A stretch of 64,000 nt of DNA from Zygnema circumcarinatum SAG 698-1b (Eukaryota; Plantae; Zygnematophyceae). The number at the start of each line of letters is the position of its first letter. Position 1 is the stretch's first letter. This document shows positions 1 to 11,700 of the stretch, piece by piece. The stretch covers positions 868,001 to 932,000 of the forward strand of contig CM074805.1 in assembly GCA_037447605.1 (NCBI GenBank). Reading direction: 5' to 3'. Position numbers and translations under genes: made by a program. The notes below the pieces were generated by a model that was given only the letters and a program-made list of their open reading frames with translations, did not search any database and was not told the origin of the DNA.

Positions 1-317
1 TTTTATGGCAGACACTTAAACAGGTCAAGCAGCATTGTTGGAAAACGTCGAGAGTTCAGACATAACAGCAAGATTCCAGACTATTGTAGGATGGTGACAG
101 TTTCGGAGAAAACAGCGAACTCGGGGAATAAAACATTTTCAAAAGGAGTTGTACAGATTGATCTACCCCTCTATACAGAAAGAAATCCTACTCTGTCCCG
201 AACATGCTGAAAAAGTTCTGTAATTACAACTGTACAGTAGATTTTCCAAGAGTTTAGAAACAAACTCAATATGCCTATCTAATTTAAGAGGGGACTCTGG
301 CTGGAATCCGAAAAACT

Positions 318-3012
318 TCAAAAGAAAGTTGCTGTTTGATACCAAATGCTGACGATGTCCGTCACCGTCTCGTCCGTGAAAGACAGTCGATAGTTCGCCG
401 GCTTAAATACAAAGTCTGCAGGAAATGAATCGTTGTCTCTGCAGTAAGCTTGAGCACCTGTATACCCCACTTCCGCTTGAACAGGAAGAGGCTTTGGGGC
501 ATCAATGTCATCCGAGAACCCTAAATATCCTATATCATACTCTAAAGCATAAGCCAGAGTGTAGGAATATCCTGCAGACCCCGCACTGTATGCCATTGGA
601 AGATTAGGGAAACCCCCAACAGCGACAACTCGAACATTCATAATCTCTTGAGCAAGATATGCGAATAGGGAACAGGTTGAGTAGCATCCTCCATTTGAAA
701 GAATGAGAATATTGGAAGGATCGAAGAGAGCGGAAGTGTCCGCCAACGGTAGGATGAGCTCGTCAATTCCAAGGGGGCTCGGAAGACGGTCAGGGAAGGA
801 ATAGAGGGAGGAGTATCGAGACGTGGTGTTTCCAAATGTGAGATTTACGGTTGGGAAAAAGTACTCTGAGGATGATGTGAACATTTCATCGTTCGGATAA
901 GGGTATGTATCAAACGCCCAGTTGTATTGGCTAGGGTTCGAGAGCCAGTACTTGGTCTCCTCCATGAGCGCGTTGGATTTGGCGACCATTTTTCTAATGA
1001 GAGGTGTGGCAGGGTTCTGAATGGGATACTGCGGAAATACGACTCCCGGAAACAAGAACTCGAGGAGAACATATGAGAGGTAAGCATATCCTCCTCCGTT
1101 ATCTTGCAAGTCGATGATCAGCCGCTCTGCTCCGTTGGTCCTGTCGATGATAAGGAAACAGCAATGTCATTAGTGAATCCTTTGACAAAACTAAGGCGCA
1201 AGTTGAATGCCAATACCATACATGGTTTCATCCAAGAGTTTGCAAAATTATTCACTCAAATGCATGGCGTGTATGCACCGTGCACTTATTTGAAAGCGTT
1301 TTGCGTAACTCACAATAGGCTGCTGACACCGTTGTACACATCACTCTGCCATTCAGAGTAGTCTCCGCCGGATCCCTCAAAGTCGGGGAAAACCATAACT
1401 CCCGTAATCTTATCTCCAAGAAGGAATGTCTGTCGGTACCACACCAAGCCCCACAGCCACACCCGCAATGAGTCCGTCTCTGTTTATAAAAATAACAACT
1501 TTACTGCTGCAGTTACTGCAATTCTCACTCATGGTTGATTGTAGATTGCTATCAACCACACGTTTCCGGCTACATACCGAGACATAAGAGTCCACCAAGA
1601 CGGACACCCCCGAGGATGGAGATGCGATGCCACCAATGCGCTGCTGAAGCTTCAATCCATCGCGCTCTTTCTTCTTTGGGTTTTCTTTTCCGGTTGAAAC
1701 AGTCTCCTCCACGGCATGCTTCATATGAGCCTTGTCTTTGTGGGGCATCTTCGCCATCACGTGCTGCTTCTTCACAGTCGCTTTCGTAGCCGTTACGTCT
1801 AAACTTGATGACTCGTAGCAGTAGGTTGACCAATACTCCTCCCCGGATTGGAAGGTCGACCCATAGAACAAGACAAGCAATGGCACCACAATTGTTTCCT
1901 GTGTGGTGCTACCAACCCTGAAAGCACACACACACGTTCACTTCTATCAGCATCTTCACACACCGCACACAAAATGATGAAATGTAAGGCTCTGATGACC
2001 CTTATCTTTCGTACAACAAACTGATAATCATCTGCCGGCTTCGAGTGAAAACTCACCTCTGTACAACGAATGTGAGGTTATCTGCTTGTGGTGCTGAGAT
2101 GAAGGGGGTTGCGCAGAGCCCCCCGTAGTAGAGGCTGGTCGCGCCCGCATAGCGGGAGAAGAGCGTGTTGTACCGCGCGTTGATGTCCTTGTAGGTCCCC
2201 GCCTTCTCCGCCGCCTGCACGGCGTACTGCACCGCGCTAATGCCGTCGATCGTGACAACTGTCGCACCGGCATAGATGCCCGGACTCACCCCGAGGGCAG
2301 CTTCCGTGGCGTCATAGACCGCACCAGTGAAGAAATCGACTGCAAAAGGAATCAAGAATATCAAAATCAGCATCAAGTAAAGCTACATTGCTTTAAACTC
2401 CAATCTTTTTTTGGGTTTGCGAATCGTGAATTTTGAAGATATAAGAATATTGTTTATAGAATGTTTGGTTCTTTGAATAAGAGTTTGAATGTGAGCCTTA
2501 CCCTCCGGAGTGATCTTCACCACTTGTTGCCCGCCCTCCACGACACTTATAAGCGGGAAACCGGTGAAGGTAACGAGATACGCATAGTAACAGTAGGGAG
2601 CATAGATGGCATGCCCGTCGTTCAGCGAATTCACAACATCATAAAGCGCCAAATTGAACTCAAAATCGTTATCGTAAACCGTGTTCGCTATCTTCTCCAG
2701 CCCCCCCATCACATCGACCTTCATGGGAAACTCGGGCGTGGGAGAGTCCTTAGAAATGTCTTTGTACACATGCATGTCGAATGTTTTCAGCAGTGTTTCA
2801 ACTATGGCCGCTGACCGGGCGGAGTCATAGGCGAACGATTTCATGCAGGCCATGGCGGCAAGGTTGGAGACGACTCCTCCCGCCGAGAGCGTGGGGCCGA
2901 TCGCTGCACATGGGTCCGTAGTTCCGTTCACCGTAAGAATCCTCGACCACAAGAAGAAGAAGCCCAGAAAGCCCCAAATCGCGGATCCGAGAGCGCATGG
3001 AACGGCGGCCAT
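318..3012 (-). CDS. Secreted fungal-type peptidase S41 family protein (CPAF/ustP-like), about 690 aa, 5 exons
   Basis: GT-AG exons 3012-2502, 2339-2057, 1917-1578, 1429-1314 and 1140-318 join in frame (2073 nt). N-terminal hydrophobic signal segment. S41 motifs LNDGH, LIIDLQDNGGG and LILSNGGCYSTC (catalytic Ser region). Confidence 0.85.
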
Positions 3013-4777
3013 GGCAGCGTTCTGTTACTCTCCGTCCTGAGGAAATGGAGAGAGAGAGGGAGGTAGTGAGTAAGTGTAGGGAGTGGCGCAGAGAGAGAGG
3101 TGAGGGAGAGAGAGAAAGTGAGAGAGAGAGAAGGCATGGAGGGGGGAAAGGAAGAGGGATTAAATTAAGGGGCTTAATCTTACTAGCTCCATCTCCATCT
3201 TACTTCTTCTCTCCCTCCTCTCCCTTCTGCCTCTCATCTTCCTCCTCGAAGACCTCTTCTCTCATTTTCTCTATCTCCTACCCAATTATTCTACCTCTCC
3301 ATATCTTCTTCCTCCCTTCATCCAACCTTCTCCCTCGTGCTCTTCCAATCCCTTCCTCCCTCCTTTTCCCATCGACGGAAGCTCAGAAACAATAAAAAAT
3401 TTCCAGCCAAGTCTCCTCCTCATCTATAATTCAGAATATATCATTCACGAAATATATTTTCAAGCTTCGGTGCTGATTTAAAAAACACCAAAAAGTAAAA
3501 TTTATATCAGCTACACCTTATACATCCTCTCCCCTCTCCTCTTTCCCCTCTCCCCCTCCCCTCCCTCCTTTCTCCTTTCCCCTCTCTCTCTCCACCCTAA
3601 TTCTCTCACTCCTTCCCTCCCTCCCACCAATGCTCCCCTCTCCCCCGTCCTCACTCTCCCCTCACCCTCCCCCACCCCTCCCTCCCTCCCTCCCTACCCC
3701 CCTTCCCTCCAAGCCTCCTTCCCGGTCCCGTCACTCTCCTTACCCTTGGCCCGTGCCTCCGGTCTCTCTCTCTCTCTCTCCTGCGTCTCCCTCCCTCCCT
3801 CCCTCCCTCCCTCCCTCCCTCCCTCTCTCTCTTGCTCCTCCGCCGGGTGGGAGAGAGACGCCGCCTGAAGGGGAGAGTGCGACCATGGGCGGGCGCCGCC
3901 GCTTTATGGGCGGGCCCGCGTCCCGCGCCCCGGGGGGCGGCGGCCAATCAGAGCGAGAGGCGCGCCGATCCGCCAATGGAAACCACGCGCGCGCGCTACC
4001 AGGCGGCTGTACGAACAACCTGACCGTACAAGATCACAATCTTGACCTTTCGCGCACGCGATTGGTCGAAAGGATTCAAGATCTCTGTATGGCCAATAGA
4101 AACTCGTAAATGGCGTAAAAAAAGATTCTACTCTGTGTACTTAGTGTTTTTGAGGGCTCGGATTGGCTAAAATGAATCGGCAGATCTGACATGCGATCTC
4201 AGATCTTGAAGAGATTTGAAGATCTGTTGGAAGTTGATCCAAAGTGAATCCACTGTAATGATCGTCCACGAGTCACGTGTGAATTCGTTTTGCGGTGATT
4301 CAACGTGATTTACGGGCTGATGATTGGCCGGCTCAGAGTCCACGTGGTGAGGAAAAGCCAATGGAAGGCGTCGGTGGGACGCTCCCGGGCGGTCGCTCCA
4401 ATGAGCGGCTGCCACGCGTCGCCCATAAGGGCCCTTTTCCTCCGTCCCACCTTTCCTCGCCTCTGCTCTCCTCTCCCCTCCCACCTCCCCTCCTCTCCCT
4501 CTCACTCCCGCACTCTCTCTCTCTCCACTCCCACTCTCTGCTCTCTTCGCTTCCTCTCTCTCGACATATTTCTCTCGAAGGAGAAGCTTCAATCAGCAGC
4601 GTGCTAAGTAAGGCAGACGATGAATTTACAAAATTTACGCGCAATGCGCAAGATTTGAATTGGCTTTGTAAGAAAGCTATATGCGTCCACTGCCGAACCC
4701 ATAATTTGGTTCGGAGTTTCACGTTCTATTCTAGATACACCTTTTGGCCTCCCTCCCCCCCTCCCCCCGCCCGCATC

Positions 4778-7700
4778 ATGCCTCCCACTGAAGGCGGAGC
4801 CAAGCAGGAGAGCCCCTCCGCTGCGCCCTCTGAAGGTGCTGTAACCCCAAACTTAACCTTTCTCCGTTCGCCTGCGCCAAGCCTGCCTCGCTGCATTAAA
4901 GTTTTTTCCATGGAAATAATGGAACCAGTGAACATGGGCATGATTTCAATTCCTCCCACAATGCAGACCCACGTCCTTTAAATTCCGCATAATTCATTAT
5001 TTGGGATTGTAAATCAACTCATTGACCCCTGCCCCTTCTCTCTCGCTCTCTCTTCCCCCCCCCCCCGCCCCTCTCTCTCTCTCCTCTCTCAATGTTTGTC
5101 TAGAAATTGACACTCCCTTTGCAGATAGAGAGAAGTGTATAGTGAAAATAATTTCAATCCTGCCCTCTCTCCCCATGCAGGCCTTACCCCCCCCAAATCC
5201 GTGGACGAAAGTTTTCCCGGCAGCTATGGGGCCGACGAGACGGGCAGACAGAAGGATGCCAAAGGAGAAGTTTTTTCTGAAGAAAATTCTCCGGTGGAGC
5301 AGGTGGCTTTAACGGTGGCGATTACCGACGATCCTTCCCTCCCCGTCTGGACGTTCAGGATGTGGACACTTGGCCTCCTCTCGTGCGCCCTCCTCTCCTT
5401 CATCAACCAGTTCTTCAGCTACCAGAGGGAGCCTCTAACTGTGAGCGTAATCGCAGCACAGATCGTCGTCCTTCCGTTGGGGCAATTCATGGCTGCTGTG
5501 CTGCCAAAGTAAGCAAAAAGGAAGGAAGGGGGGGTGGGGGGTGGCTGGGGTGAGGGAGAGGGAGAGGGAGAAGGGAGTGAGGAAGAGGGAGAGGGAGAGA
5601 GAGGGAGAGGGGGGGAGAGGGGTGGGGATAGGCAGCAGAGAGGGTCTGATAGTGAATGTGGGGAAATTAACAGTTGGGTTTGAGTAGGCTACAATGTATA
5701 GTTTGCTTTGCTAGGTAGAGACAAGAAGTGGGTTTTCTCTCTGTCTCCCATTTTCCCTTCACATTTGTTTGTTGATTTAGAAGAGATAAGCTTTTCACAT
5801 ATAGGTTTGCTGAGAGTGAGAAGTGTGACCTGAGTGGAGAAAGCCTCAATTGAATTCTATTCTCGTGGATAGTAAATATTTGCTGTAACCGCTTGGAATG
5901 CAATTTTTTGACATTCCGATTTTTCATTCAGTTCAGTTTATGGGGGTCATTTGACAGGGGAACTTGGCTCAATCCGGGGCCCTTTAATCTGAAGGAGCAC
6001 GTCCTCATTACTATTTTCGCCAACGCTGGCACCGCTTTTGGGTCCGGATGCGCTTATGCCATCGATGTGGTTACCATTCAAAAAGCGTTTTATAAGCAGA
6101 CTGTCAGTTTCGCTGCATCTGCTCTCCTTGTCACTACGACTCAGGTGAGAGAGGGATCGCGAGTTATGCGTTGAGTCTTGAGGGGGTGATGTTGAAGTGG
6201 CTTAAATTGAGTTGGTTTAATGGCGATGAATCGATGAGGAACTGATGAGCCGATTGCTGTGGAGTTCAATTTAGAGACATCGAACCATGGGTTCTTTCCT
6301 TTTAATTTTTTTGCTCCTCGTGTCCTCGCAGGTGCTCGGATATGGCTGGGCCGGCCTTGCGCGAAAGTATCTTGTTGAAGTGAGTTAGCGCATTGGGGAG
6401 GGAGGGAGGGAGCGGGAGAGGACAAGGCAGGGAGTTAAGGAGAGAGAGAGAGCGAGAGATGTGTGCACGTGTGTGTGTGTGTAAGAGAGAAGGGATACCC
6501 TGAAGGACATCAAGTAATGAAGGGCAGTGACAGCTCTCTAACGGTTTGCATACATGTGGAGCAGCCCGCCAACATGTGGTGGCCGGACGTCCTTGTGAGC
6601 GTCTCCCTCTTCCGTACACTTCACGAGGCGGAGCCTCCGCACCTTCCCTCGCGCTTCTCCTTCTTCCTCACCGTCGCCTCGCTCTCCTTCGCGTACTATG
6701 TCATTCCGGGGTGAGAGAACGAGAGAGAGAGAGAGAGAGAGAGGGACACACACACTCTTCAAGTGCATCCTTTCTATTACCCCCTCTTCTGTCCAAGCTC
6801 ATACGTTTGCGTCGTCCCAAACCATGAAACATTATTCGTGCCAAGAAGCACATTCTGCTTTCCTCTGCTGTTCTTCCTGACCCGCTATGTGCGGTGCAGT
6901 TATCTGTTCAACGTGGCGACCTGCCTCTCGGTGGCGTGCTACGTGTGGCCGCGTTCCGTGACGGCGCAGCAGGTCGGGTCGGGCCTGTACGGCCTCGGCC
7001 TCGGCGCGGTCGGCCTCGATTGGACGGCCGCCGCGGCGTACCTCGGCTCGCCGCTCTCCACGCCGTTCTTCGCCGTCGCCAATGTGTTCGCGGGCTTTCT
7101 CATCTTCATGTGAGCAACTCACATTGTCACAATACTCATTACTGTTTTGGCCTAGGCGTAGCTTTCAGCTCCTCCCTTTTTTCTTTTGTGCTTAGGTCCT
7201 TTGCGACCAGTTCCTCGTGGTTCCTTCCCCATGCTGATTTTGGTGCATGTACATTTGATGGCCTCGCCACATATATGTACATCGAACAGATCTGCACAAG
7301 TGTAGTGATGCTATATTCCATGCATGCCATCCATATGCACACGCATGCATAGGAGGCTAGAGGGGGCCTTAACGTTTTGTTTCAAAGTTGAGACTTCGTT
7401 TCTAACTTGATCGCTGAGCGTGGGGGGGCTTCAGGTACATCATAATGCCGCTGTGCTACTGGGGGAATGTGTACAACGCCAAGACATATCCTATCTTCTC
7501 CAGCGACCTTTACCTCGCCAATGGCTCTGACTATGGTGCGTGACGTGTCCCTTGTTTTTCTTCTTAATGACTTTGAGTCAGTTTCACTGCTTCAGAAGTG
7601 ACATAGTTGCAACTCCTGCTAGAAAGGACAAGAGCCTGACCTGTTGCTGTTTGAATTGGACGAGCCAAAACCAAAATTCATCACGTTTTATTCTTCAAGA

Positions 7701-9667
7701 CAAGTGAATGTAACTTGTTACTTACCGTCAGCACTTGCTGAACCGATGCGCAGACATCACGGCCATCATGGACACAACTACGATGACATTAGACGTGGCC
7801 GAATATGACGCGTATGGAAAAATTCACATGAGCACTTTCTTCGCCCTCGTCTACGGTGAGTTACTTCTGTCACGCACAAAAGACCTCCCTCTTCCTTTCT
7901 CCTTTCTCCCTCATCACACTCCCCTCCCCCATATCCCCAGTAGTCCAACCAACCAGCCTACCTCCCCTCCCCCCTCCTTGCAGGTATTGGCTTTGCAGCT
8001 CTCGCTGCGACAATAACTCATACCATTCTATGGAACGGCCGCGAAGTTTGGGAGCGGTCAAAGCTTGCCGCCGGAGAGAAGCCGGACGTGCACACGCGCA
8101 TGATGGCGGTCTATGAGGCAGTGCCGGACTGGTGGTTCTATGGGCTCGGAGCAGCCGCTCTCCTTCTCTCAATATACGTATGTGAGGGCTGGAAGTCAGA
8201 GCTGCAGCTTCCATGGTGGGGCCTCCTCTTGGCTGCCGCCTTAGCGTGCTCCTTCACTCTGCCAATCGGAATTCTCGCAGCGACGACTAACCAGGCAAGC
8301 AGTTTTCTTAAACTATAAATGGGATCTTTACTGGGAAAGGAGGGCAGGATGTGGGGTTTGCTTGAACGTGAGGTCTAAACACGGGCATTTTTGTGGGTCA
8401 TTTTTTGGAGCAGGTGCCTGGTCTGAACATCATCACGGAGTATCTGATGGGTCTGCTGCTTCCCGGAGAGCCCATTGCTGTGGTGACATTCAAGACGTAC
8501 GGATACATCAGCATGGCACAGGCGCTGTCTTTCCTACAAGACTTCAAGCTGGGGCACTACATGAAGATTCCGCCGCGTTCCATGTTTATAGTTCAGGTCT
8601 GCCAGCCCTCACGCATTTCCTTCAAAGCTGTTCAAGCGTCTTCCCCTCTCTCATCTTCACTCTGATTTCGGCAACAGCAGAACTAAGTCGGATCTTCTAT
8701 CTTCGTTTTTACTTATTAATGATGAAAATTAAGCACTAATTCAATCATGTTTGCTTGTTTCTTTCCATGCCCAGATTGTGGGCACCATCGCATCCGCCCT
8801 TATCAACCTGATCGTTGCGTGGTATCAGCTTACCACCATTCCCAATATATGTGACACAGATGCTCTACCGGCCTCGAGTCCATGGACCTGCCCTTCTGCT
8901 CGTGTCTTCTTTAACGCTTCAGTTATATGGGGCCTCGTTGGGCCCCGTAGAGTCTTTGGTCCCGAGGGGATCTATGGAGCCATGAATTGGGGCTTCCTTA
9001 TAGGAGCATTAGCTCCGCTGCCCTTTTGGGCTCTCTACAAAGTCTTCCCTCGGCAGGAGGTGAGAAATATTCCCCTATAGATACATAATACAACGAGCCA
9101 AAGACCCTTAAGGAGAGCTTACAGATTTTAAGGCAAGCGGGAGATCATTGCAGTGCTACTCGGATATGATTGATCTATCCACAATTATCAAATTAAAACA
9201 AGAGGAGAGAAAGACAGACAGCGGGAGAGAAAGAGAGCGAGAGAGAGAGAGAGTAAAAGTAGAGTAAAAAATTTAAAAACTGGTGAAAATTTCGACAATT
9301 ACTGAGATGGGTTTTTGATACCTTATCCGTGCAGTGGCTGAGCAAGGTGAGCACGCCCATTCTGATCGGCGGGGTGGGCGCCATGCCCCCTGCGACAGCC
9401 GTGAACTACACCTCGTGGTTTGCCGTGGGCGCGTTCTTCAACTATTACGTGTACAACAAGCACAAGGCGTGGTGGCAGCGCTACAACTACGTCCTCTCCG
9501 CCGCCCTCGACACCGGCGTGGCCTTCATGGCCGTGCTCATCTTCGCCCTTGTCTCCGCCACGGACCTCTCCCCCTCCTGGTGGGGCAACGACGTCGACAA
9601 CTGCCCCCTCGCGTCCTGCCCCACCGCGCCAGGCGTCAACGTCGGGTACCCCTGCCCCGTCTTTTAG
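4778..9667 (+). CDS. OPT: Oligopeptide transporter, OPT family (PT clade), multi-exon; first exon and start uncertain
   Basis: Hallmark motifs [63 protein letters not shown]|[26 protein letters not shown] and C-terminal [16 protein letters not shown]. Exons from about 5129 to 9667 join in phase. The link to the ATG at 4778 is not phase-resolved. Confidence 0.93.
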
Positions 9668-11178
9668 CGTTTCGTATCGGTCGGTACATCGGGATATATC
9701 GTGGAAGGTATCGGCGCTGAGGTCGATATGCCAAGGATGGTATGGGATGATGGAATGAGAAGGCATTTTTTTTTTTTTTTGAAGTGTTACAAAGAATAGT
9801 TAGTCCAGCCCAGGGATTAAAGCCACCTACGGCCCCGGGATGAAATTATTATTTTTAGTAAGTAGAGTTATGTACAAGAAGGGACTTCTAATGACTCCCG
9901 ACTTCTAATGATGTCTTTAATTTACAAGGGGCTCTTGTTAGTTTCTTTAATCCGTGCCATGTTAGTTAAGCAGCAGGGCCTGTTTAGACCAGGCCAGGCC
10001 AGGCCAGGGCCATGCATGGAATAGATTATTAGATTTAGGGTTTTTAGGGTTTTTTGGTTTTTTAGATTATTCTTATTAGTTTAGGAATACCCACGCAATA
10101 CCACGTTGTAAGGCCAGAAACGCAATATATCTGATATCGAGATATCTCGATATCAGGTGTTCCATGAAACGACGCAGTTCTATTCTCTTTCCACAGCAGT
10201 GAACGGGCGACAAACTGCCAAGCATGTGTCGTTTTGTACGAACGTACGGCCCATTCCAGCCCCATGCCGACCGTACGGTCCCTTCCTTTCGCCCAAATTC
10301 ATGGTCGGTGCTGCCAGGCGGCGCCCGCCCGGCCTGCCGCCCGCCACGTCATTGTGGGTCATCGCCACGTCATCCGCATGCACAAGTTTTCACCTCCCCC
10401 AGGTGGTGACCGGCCCTTCTCCAAATGGACTTGCGCCACGTGGTAGTCCTACCTTTAGTCTAGCAAAAGGTTGACGGTGTCCACGTGGCCGATAACGCGC
10501 GGCGGCTCCCCATTGGCCGGAGAGTGTGGTCCCACGTCAGCACCCGTCGATAAATCCGAGGAAGACGTGGCGCGGCGGCGGCCCACATCGGTGGAAACGT
10601 CGCTTTATCATGCGCGGACGCAAAACGATAAGGACCGTACTGTTCGTACGGTCGCCAATGTCGGCTTTTGGATGGAGGGACAAAATGGACCGTACGGCGG
10701 TGGGCGGCACAGCTGGGATTGGCTCTTGTTGACGAGAAAGATTCGTTTCGGGCAGGATGGAAGATTCTTTCGGTCAGAATACAACGTTATTTCGGTCAGA
10801 ATAAAAAAGTCATGGCAATGTAGGCAGCCAATACGAAGCGGCCGATTCCCCGATCGCATTCAACAAAACTCGCTAAAAACTTCTACATCCTGGACTCCAA
10901 CAAATTTCATTACTTCCTGTAAACGCGGTAAGGTTCCAAATTCTCGTTGAAACCGAAAACCACCTGACCCACTCAAAAAAATATATATTCAAAAAGAAAA
11001 ATTGAAATTTATTATCCGTATGAGCCACGTGGTTTGTTCTCATTGGGCCGGACCGCCCGCCCGGCCACCAACCGCCGCCCCGCAAAACCTCCATTTCTTT
11101 CTCATAACGGCCTCGGGCTGCCCGCCACGTCACGTGCACAATCGGACAAAGCACGTCCAGACACGACTAAACAAATCA

Positions 11179-11326
11179 GTACCTCAAATCATCGTGTGAC
11201 CGTCATATATACTACCTCACACAGTACGGATTCTCTTCTAACATCCCGCCAGACTGCCGTGCAACCGCCGCAACCCGCCGCAAAAAACCGTACGAACCGA
11301 CCATGTACGGTATGTACGGTATGTAC
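11179..11326. promoter_or_regulatory. Cluster of GTAC cores (SBP/SPL/CRR1-type sites) upstream of the microprotein
   Basis: GTAC at 11179, 11224, 11290, 11305, 11314 and 11323, with six more at 10236-10692. Function is inferred. Confidence 0.35.
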
Positions 11327-11490
11327 GAGCACATCTGGAAGCTCCCGACCTGAGGAGCATTTGAATCCTCGCCGCCGTCCCCTCCCCAGAGCGCGCTCCC
11401 ACTACTTCCCTCCTGCTCCCGCACTTCCTCCCTCGCTCTCTCTCTCTCACTCTCTCTCTCTCTTGGCGCTCCAGCAGCCCTCAGGCAGCC

Positions 11491-11700
11491 ATGGACAGGA
11501 TACGGAACAAGCCTCTGAGCACGGTGACCATGGCGGCCTGCTGGATCAGCACGCTCGCGTACAGCGCGTACCTGGTGTACGTGTCTGTCGACAACATCCG
11601 CTGGTCGGCGGAGGTGGCGTCAGCCTACGTCACCTCTCTCTCCACGCAGGAGCTTGGACTCTCCGACGCCTTCGCCTCCCTCCGCTCGCACCCGTTCTGA
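11491..11700 (+). CDS. Putative 69-aa single-TM microprotein, unknown function
   Basis: Strong start context (agccATGG) after a CT-rich leader. 62 of 69 codons end in G/C. One hydrophobic stretch (TMAACWISTLAYSAYLVYVSV). No homolog recognised. Confidence 0.6.
   Translation: MDRIRNKPLSTVTMAACWISTLAYSAYLVYVSVDNIRWSAEVASAYVTSLSTQELGLSDAFASLRSHPF

Noticed and set aside
3630-4981. Pro/Leu/Ser-rich and GREGGREG ORFs (also near 18.8-19.2, 38.0-38.9 and 62.7-63.4 kb)
   Set aside because: Produced by (GGGA)n/(CT)n low-complexity tracts, with no domain signal.
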